A stretch of DNA of 64,000 nt from an uncultured Candidatus Obscuribacterales bacterium (lineage in GTDB: Bacteria > Cyanobacteriota > Vampirovibrionia > Obscuribacterales > Obscuribacteraceae): the NCBI GenBank assembly GCA_964541355.1, contig CAZISK010000001.1, positions 4,335 through 68,334 on the forward strand, written 5' to 3'. Positions 26,687 to 36,788 of the stretch are shown in pieces. Below the pieces are notes generated by a model. That model saw only the letters and a program-made list of their open reading frames with translations, was not told the DNA's origin and searched no databases. Position 1 is the first letter of the stretch; every line of letters begins with the position of its first letter. A program made the position numbers and the translations under genes.

Positions 26687-27734
26687 CATCGCAGAAAAAA
26701 CTCAATCCGCTTCAACGGTTAGCGCTGCAGAAATGGCGGATGACATAACCGCTGAAATCAAACTTAGCGGCGTCAAGTATCCGCCCAATTTCAAAGTAAA
26801 TATCAATGGCGTCTATATCGACTCGCCGAGGCGAGATGATGGAGGTCAATTCGTGCGTGTTTCTGGGCCGCTTTACGTCTCACGCATGGTGCGCAACCCG
26901 GAGACTACCGGTTGGCAATGGAAAATCGTAATGCGCGATCGAGATGGAAAGCGCAAATTCATTTTCGTGCCAGCTACATTGCTGCATGAAAGTCGTGGTG
27001 TTCACGTAATCTCGATGCTGGCTGACGCTGGGTTGTTAATTGTGCCAGGTCGCGAGAAAGATGTTATTGCATACATCGGTCTGTCACACACGGACAACCG
27101 CGCCACCTCAACCGACAAACTTGGCTGGCTTCCGACCGACAAGCTAGCCTATGTGCTGCCGGAAACGACCATCGGCACAACATCAGACCCTGTCGAGTTT
27201 GCGCCAGAGAGACACAGTCCGGTGGCGACTACGATGCAATCAAGCGGCACGCTGCAAGATTGGCAGAACGAAATTGCAAAGGCTTGCATGCCATTCGACT
27301 ATTTAATTTTCGCGTTATGTTTTGCATTCTCATCAGTGCTGCTCAAATTCGTTGTGTTGGAGTCAGGCGGCTTCCACTTTTGGGGTTTGTCTGGTCGCGG
27401 AAAAACACTCCTGCTGCAAGTAGCAGCTTCTGTGTGGGGGTGTGGTTCAGATCCATCGGACGACCCAGATAAGAGCTATGTGAGGAAGTGGAATTCCACG
27501 GCGAACGCTTTGGAAGCGCTTGCGGCAGCCCACTCAGACGGTCTACTAATTTTAGATGAAATTGGAACCTGTGCAGCGAAAGACGTAGGTGGGGCTATCT
27601 ACAACTTCTCCGGTGGGCGAGGAAAGGAGGCGTTAGACGCAGGACGAAAACTCAAGAAAGCTAGAACGTGGCGCACGCACCTTTTGTCCAGTGGTGAGAA
27701 ATCAATGAAAGAAATGATTGAGGAAGACAAATAA
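26670..27734 (+). CDS. DUF927-type (SF3-like) helicase/NTPase, N-terminal portion
   Basis: Walker A is FWGLSGRGKTLLL and Walker B is LLILDEIG. It ends at TAA 27732-27734, and the next ORF appears to continue the same protein family. Confidence 0.75.
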   Translation: MKRHPSIAEKTQSASTVSAAEMADDITAEIKLSGVKYPPNFKVNINGVYIDSPRRDDGGQFVRVSGPLYVSRMVRNPETTGWQWKIVMRDRDGKRKFIFVPATLLHESRGVHVISMLADAGLLIVPGREKDVIAYIGLSHTDNRATSTDKLGWLPTDKLAYVLPETTIGTTSDPVEFAPERHSPVATTMQSSGTLQDWQNEIAKACMPFDYLIFALCFAFSSVLLKFVVLESGGFHFWGLSGRGKTLLLQVAASVWGCGSDPSDDPDKSYVRKWNSTANALEALAAAHSDGLLILDEIGTCAAKDVGGAIYNFSGGRGKEALDAGRKLKKARTWRTHLLSSGEKSMKEMIEEDK

Positions 27735-28576
27735 TGAAAATTGCAAAAACGGGTCATGTCGGTCGCGTCTTGGATATTCCAGTGCAAGCAATCACTGATG
27801 AAAAAAGTGTGCCCCACTTCAAACGCGCACCGAGCCTCTACTACGGTGAAGCAATCAAGGCATTTTTGCATGGTTTTATTAAACTGTTCGTTACCGAACG
27901 AGCTGCACGGCAGCAGGTAGAGCAGCTAGTCGGCGAGGCTTTGGAGCGCTTAACCCCACTTGATGCCACGACCGATCAAAAACGCGCCCTGAAACGTTTT
28001 GCGTTGACCGAAGCAGCTGGACGGCTGGCTTGCCAGCTCAAAGTTCTTCCATTTTCGGAGGATGTTGTGATTTCGGCGGTCAAAAAAGTGACTCGTGATT
28101 GGTTAGAGAGCGCATCAGAATTGTCCGATGTTGACAGAGGTATCGCTGCCCTCCGATCGTTCATACTCAAGAATCGAGACGCCCGCTTCAAGAAATGGAA
28201 CGCAGACTTCGAAGCGAACAGACGGGACGTTGCAGGCTATATCAACCAAGAAAACGGAGAGTATTACATTCTCTCCGATGGCTTCAAGGAAGCCTTGAAG
28301 GGATACAACATTCAAGAAGTTGCTGGCGAATTGAAAAACCGCTCGCTGCTGGTAGGTGAGCGCAATGCTAGTTACCAGGCAAAGAGATACATCGGACCCG
28401 CGGGTGAACGGATTCGCCCCCTTTTTTACGTCATTAAAAAGGAGCTTCTGGGAGAAAGCGAGTTATCCGATAAGAACAAAACTGAACAAACCAAGATTGA
28501 GTTGGCGTGTGACGTCCAGGGGTCCAAAGAAGAGTACGACCCCAAAGAAGATTACGACCCCTCTGAAAACAACTAG
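27734..28576 (+). CDS. DUF927-helicase C-terminal-like portion (split gene or frameshift)
   Basis: It starts with an ATG overlapping the upstream stop (aaATAATGaaa), in a different frame. HVGRVLDIPVQ resembles the R.lDIP segment that, as I recall, follows the ATPase core in full-length DUF927 proteins. Confidence 0.55.
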   Translation: MKIAKTGHVGRVLDIPVQAITDEKSVPHFKRAPSLYYGEAIKAFLHGFIKLFVTERAARQQVEQLVGEALERLTPLDATTDQKRALKRFALTEAAGRLACQLKVLPFSEDVVISAVKKVTRDWLESASELSDVDRGIAALRSFILKNRDARFKKWNADFEANRRDVAGYINQENGEYYILSDGFKEALKGYNIQEVAGELKNRSLLVGERNASYQAKRYIGPAGERIRPLFYVIKKELLGESELSDKNKTEQTKIELACDVQGSKEEYDPKEDYDPSENN

Positions 28577-28697
28577 GAGAAATCATGAACAGACCAAATC
28601 TAAATGCTTTAGGAACTCGCAAAGCGCCAAACTAAGGAGCGCTTCAAGAAACGTAGTGGGCATTATCAATAACCGCGCCAACGCGCGAGGAGGAACT

Positions 28698-29081
28698 GTG
28701 GACAACAAAACTTCGACACATGCAAACACAGTCGATGCTCGACTGAAATATCTATTGCTGGGAGACCGGCATGACCCTGCAACACTGATGTGCCCAACAT
28801 GCGGCTACATGTACACGTGTTTTGATGATCAGGTAACAACATACGATGATGGCAGAGACAGCATTCTTGTAATTCCAATGAGATGCGAACTTGATCACAC
28901 GTTTCAGTTGCGATTGAGCTTTCATAAAGGCGAGACGCACATAAGCACTGAACCTGCCAAGGTGGTCTCACTATCTACAGAAGAATGCACAGCCCTCGAA
29001 GAGCTATCAAAGGCGAGTGGAAAATCAACATTGAATGGGGTGTTGGCAAAGCTGACACGGGAGATAAATGATGATGACTAA
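28698..29081 (+). CDS. hypothetical protein with a CxxC motif
   Basis: GTG 28698 is preceded by AGGAGG (gcgaggaggaactGTG). The sequence contains CPTCGYMYTC. The ORF-track start at 28356 would overlap the previous gene by 220 nt. Confidence 0.45.
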   Translation: MDNKTSTHANTVDARLKYLLLGDRHDPATLMCPTCGYMYTCFDDQVTTYDDGRDSILVIPMRCELDHTFQLRLSFHKGETHISTEPAKVVSLSTEECTALEELSKASGKSTLNGVLAKLTREINDDD

Positions 29082-29568
29082 CGGCGAGCATGATGGTCAG
29101 TCGTCAATTGACCCGCTAGTTGTGATCGATAGCGCTCGCGGGCCCATCGTCGACGCATGCGCAATTCCGTCAACAAGAATGACCGCATATCACGGCGACT
29201 ACTTCATACACAGCATAATGATTAGAACTGCTGCGTGCCCGCTGTGCGACGAAAAACACGAGCACCAACTAACATGGGTCGCCAAATCTGAGGTTTGGTC
29301 GCGAATCCCAAAACATTTAATCAATACACCGCTGCCGGTGCGACGCAACTGTTCAAACTACACGCCAGGATTCGGACCTGCAACTTACCTCATCAGGCTG
29401 GCAGAAACAGACCCGAATGCAATTGCCTTCAACGGCACATTAAGTATTGGCGAGTTGAATGAATTGATTTCGGCGTGCCACGAAAAGCTTCTGAGAGACA
29501 CAGGCACCGAGGCACTCTTGAACCTTACGATACGACTCGTGCAAGCATACGACACGCGACCAATATAG
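29068..29568 (+). CDS. hypothetical protein
   Basis: 166-aa ORF overlapping the upstream stop by 14 nt. It contains CPLCDEKHEH. No family recognised. Confidence 0.45.
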   Translation: MMMTNGEHDGQSSIDPLVVIDSARGPIVDACAIPSTRMTAYHGDYFIHSIMIRTAACPLCDEKHEHQLTWVAKSEVWSRIPKHLINTPLPVRRNCSNYTPGFGPATYLIRLAETDPNAIAFNGTLSIGELNELISACHEKLLRDTGTEALLNLTIRLVQAYDTRPI

Positions 29569-29641
29569 CTTGCTTCACTATAGTGAAAAGCCTAAACTAG
29601 AAGAACATCATGGGCACCGCCCGCAATACCATGGAGGAATC

Positions 29642-31804
29642 ATGGGATTACCGAGAAAGAAATCAAATCCGTTGATGCAAATGATGCGCCCTCAGGTGGA
29701 TTTATCCATGGGCGTAAATACAGCATCGCCAGGACGAGGGATGATGGGACCATCATCACCAGACCCACGTAGCCTGAGATTTCATGCCGGTGGCGGCGGG
29801 GATGGAATGCTCTGGAGCGGCAGCCGCGATGAGATTTTGAGGGTTCCTAAAGAAGACCCACCGCCGGTGTTCCCCGAGCACACCATGGAGCAGCGGATTT
29901 ACGATCAGCCGTCGCAGGGAATGCGTAAGGCTGTAATGCGCACCGATGAAAATGGGCAGCAGTACAGCCTGCCATCGGATTATATGGACAGGGGGAGTGC
30001 ATCGATGCCTCGCCAGCAACTGATGGATATCGCTCGTGGCGGCGCTGGGATGATGCCGCGCCAGTCGCTCGATATTGGCGGCGCCCTGCAAATGCCTGAC
30101 CCCGGCATGGATAAAGCGGCATTTCAGCGTAGGAATCGCCACGCAATCGGCGACTATTCTGGCGTGCCATCGGATAATCACGGCTTGATGGAACAGGCAG
30201 CTGGAGGCATCACCCGGATGCTCTCTCCACTGCGCAGGATTGCTGACCAGGGTTTGTTTGGTAATGGGCCGGCGCCGAGGTTGTTTGGTCGCAAGGGTCC
30301 GCAGGTTGATAATTCGCAGATATTCGATAATAAGGGGCAGTACGCATACGGCGGGCAGATAGATCCGTCATTTGATAATGCTGGATTATTTTCGAGCTCA
30401 GGACACCCGCCGAACGTTGACCCACGTCAAGCTTCCGATGGCTTAATCCATCAGGGTGGATACCCTTTCGAGCCCGGTTCGAAGGTCGACCAGATGCTTA
30501 ACGGCAATTCTGGCGGCGGCTCCATGGGCGGTGCTGGCGGCGCATTCGTTGACAGGCAGGGGCGCTTGGTTGACCCTCAGGGGCGCAGCCAGGAGCAGTT
30601 TTTCAATGACCTTGCAAGTGATCCGAACGTAGGCATCTCATATGAGGAGATGCAACGGCGAACACTGCCGAATCAGGACCAGTACGCCACCCGTGGTGCT
30701 GTGCAGCAGCAGCCATTTTTATCGAGCCCAGATTTTCAGCAAGCGCTTGCGGGCGGCTTCACCCTAGCGAATGACCGTTACAACCGAGGCATGAATGCAC
30801 GCCAGCAAATCCTCGGTAGATTCAATGATTTCAATAACCATGACATGAATCGCGCCATGGCAGCCGACACATGGGGCAGCATTGGCGACATCGCGAACCT
30901 GTTCGGTAAATCTGGCATGAGCTCCCAGCAGGACTACCAGGAGTATCGCCAGCGATTAAATGATGTCGCAAACAGACAAACGCTCGACAATCAATTTACA
31001 GACGACAGTGCGCAGCGGCAGCGGGACTTATTCTCGATGTTGAATCAGACAGACCCGACAACAGTCGCGAATCAAACAAAGATTGCTAATGCGATGGCAA
31101 ACCGCGACCGCGCAGGATTTTACGGACAGTCGGTTTATGGACAGCACGAAAACACCGCGAACAGAAACTATGAGACCTCTCGCCACAACCAGGCGACCGA
31201 AGGAATTCAGCAACAAGACGCAGACACGCGACGGTTAGGTGCAGAAGGGCTAAGCAAGTATCGCGATAGTTTGATGCAGCAAGGTGCGCAGCGAATTGAG
31301 CTTGAACGTCAGAAACTGCAGCAACAAATCAACAGCGGAAGCATCAAAGCCGATCAAGCAAATCAACACTTGAACTTCCTGCGAGAGCAACTGCAAGCCC
31401 GCATAGACGACAATCTCAATCGCGCATACAACACATACATTGGAAACCAGGGCGAGTTGTTTGGCGACATACTGCGCGAAATCGGCGATGCGAACTCGCA
31501 ATACTCAGACGGACACAAGAAGACGGAAACTCGCGGAACAACCGAGTTAAAGCAACTTCTTGGTGGGTTGCTCTCCGGACAGGGTTCTGCTCAATCTGGA
31601 AGTGCTTTTGGAGGGCTTCTTTCTCCATTATCGTCTTCTCCAAAGCTTCCAGTAGGCGCTCCACAGATGGGTGGCAATCGCGTAGCTCAGGCCCATGGTT
31701 TCCTTAGGCAAGCAGCACAACAACTCGGTGTGAGCAATCTCAAAGATCCGAAAGTGCGGCAGCTCGCCCAACAGATGGCAAAGAAAGCGGGGTTTAGTTT
31801 CTAA
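29642..31804 (+). CDS. large low-complexity (G/M/Q/N-rich) protein, ORFan
   Basis: ATG 29642 is preceded by GGAGG (ccatggaggaatcATG). The N-terminal half is G/M/P/D-rich and the C-terminal half is Q/N/R-rich and coiled-coil-like. The stop overlaps the start of the next gene. Confidence 0.6.
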   Translation: MGLPRKKSNPLMQMMRPQVDLSMGVNTASPGRGMMGPSSPDPRSLRFHAGGGGDGMLWSGSRDEILRVPKEDPPPVFPEHTMEQRIYDQPSQGMRKAVMRTDENGQQYSLPSDYMDRGSASMPRQQLMDIARGGAGMMPRQSLDIGGALQMPDPGMDKAAFQRRNRHAIGDYSGVPSDNHGLMEQAAGGITRMLSPLRRIADQGLFGNGPAPRLFGRKGPQVDNSQIFDNKGQYAYGGQIDPSFDNAGLFSSSGHPPNVDPRQASDGLIHQGGYPFEPGSKVDQMLNGNSGGGSMGGAGGAFVDRQGRLVDPQGRSQEQFFNDLASDPNVGISYEEMQRRTLPNQDQYATRGAVQQQPFLSSPDFQQALAGGFTLANDRYNRGMNARQQILGRFNDFNNHDMNRAMAADTWGSIGDIANLFGKSGMSSQQDYQEYRQRLNDVANRQTLDNQFTDDSAQRQRDLFSMLNQTDPTTVANQTKIANAMANRDRAGFYGQSVYGQHENTANRNYETSRHNQATEGIQQQDADTRRLGAEGLSKYRDSLMQQGAQRIELERQKLQQQINSGSIKADQANQHLNFLREQLQARIDDNLNRAYNTYIGNQGELFGDILREIGDANSQYSDGHKKTETRGTTELKQLLGGLLSGQGSAQSGSAFGGLLSPLSSSPKLPVGAPQMGGNRVAQAHGFLRQAAQQLGVSNLKDPKVRQLAQQMAKKAGFSF

Positions 31805-34800
31805 TGAGTAAACGAAGCATATGGGATGACGCTGCGGACTACCAGCCAGATGTTTGGGATCAGGCTGCCGACTATCAACAGGCTGACAATGGAGATATCT
31901 GGGATCAAGGAGCCAGTTACAGCGCACCACACGGATTCCCAACCACGATGCCGATGAGTTTTCCAGCACCGGCGACAACACGACAATCGAAACCTGACTT
32001 ATTCGGCTTGTTTAACACGCCAGAGCAAAAACATCTGAATCTGACGAACCCAGCGAAATCAAAAGATCGATTCGATCTCAATGCGACGATTAACAGAATC
32101 CCACTTGTGCAGAAATTCCACGAGCGAGCAGATGCCTACCGCAGGCTCGGTGACTCTGACCCGAATCTGGCCGCCGGCATCGACACAGCCGGCTCAATAG
32201 TCGCGGGTATTCCTGGCGGTGTACTTGAGATGGCTGATGCAGTTACGCACAGCCAGGACTGGAACCCCGTTGACCCTATGTTTTGGGCTAAGAGGACAGG
32301 CGCACCCATGCCTGAACTCCCAAACCTGTCTAAGCCGTATCATGACACCTTGCAGCCATCAGTTGACGAGGGGTATGACCTCGGCTCTCTGCTAGGTCAA
32401 GCACTAGTCCCAACAGGAACCGGCGCAGCTGCACCAACCGCCAAACTGGCAATGAGATCGGGCGCCTTCGCTGGTGGTCTGTCCGGCTTGCTTGGCGATG
32501 CAGGTACGCAGCTGCGCAAAACTGGCAGTGTCAACCCAGTCGAAGCAGCGTTCTCCGGGCTGGTCGGCACCGGAGTAGGAGGTATTCTCGGCGGTGCTGG
32601 ACATCTAGCAGGTGAAGGTCTTAAGAGATTACTTGGTAGGGCGCAAGCAGGCTGGCCCAAGGCATCACCCCCGGTGCCCGAACCTATCCCCGAGGCTCCA
32701 TGGACCTATGACAGCATGCCTACGCAGGGGCGTTCGCGCGGGGCTACTGCTACAGGACAAAACCTGATGCAGTCCCTCGGAATGGGAACCAAGCAGGGCT
32801 CGCTCGGTGGTTCACGTCTTGATGACGAAATGCTATCGCTACTTGAACAATCAAATCCAGTTCACCCATCAGGTACTCCACTGTCTCAATCTTCATCGAC
32901 TAGAGTGGCGGAGGCAGCAATTAAGCCAAACAGTGTTCTGGCACCGCTCAGCGCTCATCCAGAGCCCGCCAAAGGCTTCTTTGGTAACACGCGGCGGTAC
33001 ATTCAGGGAAGCAGCGGAATGGACGCTTATGTCGAATTTCCAACGCCTCTCGAAAGAGATTTGGTGGCAATCGCAAGCGCGAAAGTTGGCAAGTCTCTTC
33101 CGAATTACGTCCAACACGTTTCACAAATTGCAAAACAGCTTGGCATCGAGGAGAAGGATGTATACGCTTTTGCGCGAAAGTACGCAGAGAGCATCAAGTC
33201 CGACGTGAAATCAAAGGTTCAGACAGCACGAGCGGCAGGCGGCAATCTACAGGATGTGTATCACCAGGCACCGCCTGCAATGCCTCCGGCTTCAGCGCCA
33301 GAACCTCAAGGCGTATTTCGCCATCAACGAACAGCTTTCGGCAGAAACAAGGTCGACCAAGCGCACGACGTTTCAAAGTTTTCTCCAGAGGTCCAGGCGG
33401 CAGTAAATCGAGTGGCCGAGCATAAGGTCGTTCTCGATTCGGCTAAGGCACTTGCCAAGGAATATTCAGACAAGGTTTGGCAGGCTCACGTCGCCAAAGG
33501 CGAGGCAACCCTCGGAGAAGGTTCCATAACCAGAGGTGGTGTTCAACTGATTCGTGAGCAATCGCGTAGGTCTGAACGCTTGCCTGTTGCGATTGAACAA
33601 GAACTTGCAAAACTCCGAGAATCCCTCGCCGAGGGCGTAGCGTCACCAACGATGAAGCAACACGTAGCGGCAATTGTCGGAGGCAACTTCGGCGCTGAAG
33701 GGCGATTCGGATTACCGGTACCACATATAAACAATGTGGAAGATCTTGATGAGGCATTTCAAAATCTTCGACAGCTCCATCTACAAGTCAAAGATGCACA
33801 AAAGCTCTATGACGCTGCAAAGAAGGAAGCACATCCACTCTTGGAGAAAGCGCAAGCATCGCTTAGACAGTCCGAGCCAACTGCATCGTTCAATGCTCGT
33901 ACTCGAGCAAAGACTCCGTTCGGCGATGAAGTCGACGTAGCAGTTTCACTCGACCACAATTCGATGCATCTTAAACTTTCGGAAGATGCAGAAAAGATCT
34001 ACAAGAAAGCTCAAAATGAGGCCCTCCAACAAGCCGAGCTCGACCGAAACAAACTGCCTCGATACGACTACAAGATTGACCTTAAGAGCCGCACTGCGCG
34101 TGCAATACTCGGGCTGGCGGGCACGCTGGCGCTTGGAAGCAACCAGAAAGCATCTGCTGCTGATGGTAAGACAACTGAGAATCAAACCGACCTGATGCCG
34201 GTCACAACCAAGCTATTGGGAGGGCTCGCGCTCGCGCTCGCGATTTCACCACGCACTGCCAGACTATTCACAAAGGAGCTGGTTCAGACTTCCGCGTTTT
34301 TCAATGACACTCTTTCTCGGGTCGGCGCTCTGGATGCCGCTCTCGGCACCAAGTTAGAGGCAACGATCACACAGCACCTCGGTATGGTGCATCACGCCAG
34401 CTTTGGTCTGCACATCAGCGACGAAGTTAGAGCGCAGGCGTTCAATGTTTTGAGAAATGGAAACCTCAGCGCTGCCGACCTAAGTGACTACTCCAGGATT
34501 GCTGGCACTGTATTCGATGGCATGGGGCAGCCGGAGCTCAGAGCATTCCAAACCTACAAACGCGTGCAAGAAAATCTCAAGCGCCTGTTTACTCAGCACG
34601 AAGAAATCGCACGAACACACATTGATGCACTTGCTGCTGCAGGTAAAAACACAGATCATCTGGAAAGGCACCTGGATGCTTTGCATAGCATGCAGCAGGC
34701 GTTGACAGGTCGTCAGCTAAATAGGTTTGAAAAAGATGTTCGCGGGTTGATGGGCAATTTCTATGACTACCACTTCTTCTTTAATCCTGCATTCCATCTC

Positions 34801-36072
34801 ACGAACTTAACAGACATGGTCATCGCCGGCGGTACCAAGGTCGGACCTATGAATATGGCTATGGCAATGAAGGAATTGGGTCCTGTCGCCCTGGGAGGGA
34901 ATATCGCTCTCAAGAAAATATTCAAGCATTCCAACCTGGTCGGCGGGCTGAAGGCTGAAAAAGTAGCAAACAACGCCGTCATTGGAAGACAAGCTAAAGG
35001 ATTGAAGCTGCCAGATTTCGCCAGCGACAAAATCAATGCTGATCGAGTAGCGCTCGGCGCGATATTCCAGTACGCAAGTACACGTGCTCGCGCTAATGGC
35101 TTCACTGGTTCGCCGGTTGAGTTTGCTGAGAACCTTCTGCAAGGAAAGTATTCGGCCGAGATGACGATTGATGCATGGGCTCACGTGGCTGAATCAGCCA
35201 GCCGCACATTGGGTGTCGACCCGCTCAGACTGAATCAAGACTACTTCGGTGACTCAATGGTTGCGGCTTTCATGGCACCATTCACCAAGCAGCCGTTCCG
35301 GATTGCTAACATGGCGCTGGGATACATGGCTGAAGGCAACTTCAAAAAGGTCGCATTGATGTTCGGTCTCACAGCTCTTGTAGGCGGTAGAGCAGCCATT
35401 CCAAAGGATGCGCAAGCCGCGTGGGAAAATCTCGATCCAGAGTCCTATTTCATGGCTGCATCTATTCTCGATAAGCTGGAGTTGTATCAGTACGCAACCG
35501 GCAAGACGCTTGCACCAAAAGTGCAGTGGTCGCTCATTGCTCCGCTCGGTGGTAGTTGGATAGGAAAATCTGGAGGCGACCCAATCTCGACCACGATTAG
35601 CACGAACTACAAAGATTTCATCATGGGTTTGAAAGACCTGGGAAAAATGGATTTCGACCTCTCCGACCCCGATAGACGCGCACGGATATACCGGCAGCTC
35701 GGAAACTTGCTTCAGCTGTTCCCACGGGTCTACGGGCTGCCCAGCAAGCAGATTCTGAACGGTATCACAAGCGGTGACGAGTCATTCATGAAGGAAGCGG
35801 TGAAGGTTCACCACTTCGGCACATTGGGCGACCGCATTGACTCGGAGGACGTCAGCCTCGATGAACTCGGAATCACGCCGCTTAAGCACATGGCAGATGC
35901 ATTCCTTCCGGGTGAGAATGCTGCCATAGCACAGCGTAAGCTGTCGACGCTCGAGCAGAAAAAGCGAGAGCAAGTTTCCGAGTCGAAGTTGCCTTTTATA
36001 AATTCGAACGCTCCGACGTTTTTCGAAAGCGACAATCGGAAGAAGAGTTTGCTAAACGCACTTGGACTTTAA
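31804..36072 (+). CDS. very large (1422 aa) protein of unknown function with glycine-zipper/hydrophobic segments
   Basis: Uninterrupted 4.27-kb ORF. The N-terminus has three tandem WD.AADYQ repeats. It also has the G-rich hydrophobic segment GLVGTGVGGILGGAGHLAG and a predicted membrane segment LLGGLALALAISP. Confidence 0.7.
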   Translation: MSKRSIWDDAADYQPDVWDQAADYQQADNGDIWDQGASYSAPHGFPTTMPMSFPAPATTRQSKPDLFGLFNTPEQKHLNLTNPAKSKDRFDLNATINRIPLVQKFHERADAYRRLGDSDPNLAAGIDTAGSIVAGIPGGVLEMADAVTHSQDWNPVDPMFWAKRTGAPMPELPNLSKPYHDTLQPSVDEGYDLGSLLGQALVPTGTGAAAPTAKLAMRSGAFAGGLSGLLGDAGTQLRKTGSVNPVEAAFSGLVGTGVGGILGGAGHLAGEGLKRLLGRAQAGWPKASPPVPEPIPEAPWTYDSMPTQGRSRGATATGQNLMQSLGMGTKQGSLGGSRLDDEMLSLLEQSNPVHPSGTPLSQSSSTRVAEAAIKPNSVLAPLSAHPEPAKGFFGNTRRYIQGSSGMDAYVEFPTPLERDLVAIASAKVGKSLPNYVQHVSQIAKQLGIEEKDVYAFARKYAESIKSDVKSKVQTARAAGGNLQDVYHQAPPAMPPASAPEPQGVFRHQRTAFGRNKVDQAHDVSKFSPEVQAAVNRVAEHKVVLDSAKALAKEYSDKVWQAHVAKGEATLGEGSITRGGVQLIREQSRRSERLPVAIEQELAKLRESLAEGVASPTMKQHVAAIVGGNFGAEGRFGLPVPHINNVEDLDEAFQNLRQLHLQVKDAQKLYDAAKKEAHPLLEKAQASLRQSEPTASFNARTRAKTPFGDEVDVAVSLDHNSMHLKLSEDAEKIYKKAQNEALQQAELDRNKLPRYDYKIDLKSRTARAILGLAGTLALGSNQKASAADGKTTENQTDLMPVTTKLLGGLALALAISPRTARLFTKELVQTSAFFNDTLSRVGALDAALGTKLEATITQHLGMVHHASFGLHISDEVRAQAFNVLRNGNLSAADLSDYSRIAGTVFDGMGQPELRAFQTYKRVQENLKRLFTQHEEIARTHIDALAAAGKNTDHLERHLDALHSMQQALTGRQLNRFEKDVRGLMGNFYDYHFFFNPAFHLTNLTDMVIAGGTKVGPMNMAMAMKELGPVALGGNIALKKIFKHSNLVGGLKAEKVANNAVIGRQAKGLKLPDFASDKINADRVALGAIFQYASTRARANGFTGSPVEFAENLLQGKYSAEMTIDAWAHVAESASRTLGVDPLRLNQDYFGDSMVAAFMAPFTKQPFRIANMALGYMAEGNFKKVALMFGLTALVGGRAAIPKDAQAAWENLDPESYFMAASILDKLELYQYATGKTLAPKVQWSLIAPLGGSWIGKSGGDPISTTISTNYKDFIMGLKDLGKMDFDLSDPDRRARIYRQLGNLLQLFPRVYGLPSKQILNGITSGDESFMKEAVKVHHFGTLGDRIDSEDVSLDELGITPLKHMADAFLPGENAAIAQRKLSTLEQKKREQVSESKLPFINSNAPTFFESDNRKKSLLNALGL

Positions 36073-36776
36073 TCCGCCAAGGCGTGTAATACACGCTTTG
36101 GTTGCGGTTCTCCACGCTCGAATAGCCATGCATCTTCCAGTGCATTACACCCAAACTCAACGTACAAACCCAATTGATAGGGTAGCTCACCATTCTGGTG
36201 AGCCAGGAAACTTAGCTTGGCGAAATCCAGCACAGTTAGATATTTAAGGTTGTCCGCGTACTTTACCTCTATCACCAACAAATTTCCTTCCAAGCTCGGG
36301 TTTTGCCGTTTATGAACAATGATATCGGGAAAAATTTTTCGATAAAGCGCTTTTGACATGCTGAGCTTCAGCTGCTCTTCGGCAGTCAAGATCTGCTTCT
36401 GTCCCAGTAAGCTTATAATTCTTTCGAAATTTTCCGTTCTAATATCTCGTATTGCAGCAGAGAAGACATCAGGTCCCAGCGAATGCAACATCACTCCAAA
36501 CTCAGATGTTTGATCTGTTTTTCTAAACTGCTCAATAGTCCTAATGAGTTCATCGCGAGGTACCTCTTTCGGCCTATGCTCCAGCTTATTGTATTCGCAG
36601 TCGACATCCCAATCCGGGAACCCTTCAGCAAGATATTTGGCAAGGCAATGAGAAATCGACCTTTCATTGGCGCTTACCTCGAATAGTGGTTTATCCTCGC
36701 GATAGAGCTTTTTAATCGACTCTCGAAAGACCTGTTCGATGCTTTTCTCGGACTGGGCATCTTTCCATTTGCGCAT
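36069..36776 (-). CDS. PD-(D/E)xK nuclease-like protein
   Basis: 235 aa with ERSISHCLAKYL...FPDWDVDCEYNK and FPDIIVHKR...NLLVIEVKY, a D...(E)xK restriction-endonuclease-like core. It lies 12 nt downstream of the STAND gene on the same strand. Confidence 0.55.
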   Translation of the reverse strand: MRKWKDAQSEKSIEQVFRESIKKLYREDKPLFEVSANERSISHCLAKYLAEGFPDWDVDCEYNKLEHRPKEVPRDELIRTIEQFRKTDQTSEFGVMLHSLGPDVFSAAIRDIRTENFERIISLLGQKQILTAEEQLKLSMSKALYRKIFPDIIVHKRQNPSLEGNLLVIEVKYADNLKYLTVLDFAKLSFLAHQNGELPYQLGLYVEFGCNALEDAWLFERGEPQPKRVLHALAD

Positions 36777-36788
36777 CGCCTTCCTCTC

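Larger units (their letters stand above)
22448..36072. mobile_element. P4-like/primase-helicase integrative element (right boundary not determined)
   Basis: The order is att repeat, int, HTH, primase, DUF927 helicase, all co-oriented, followed by ORFan cargo. I found no matching right-hand repeat or intact tRNA in the window. Confidence 0.5.

Noticed and set aside
28356-28697. The long form of ORF 28356..29081.
   Set aside because: It would overlap the preceding gene by 220 nt in another frame. An internal GTG with an AGGAGG RBS at 28698 is a better start.
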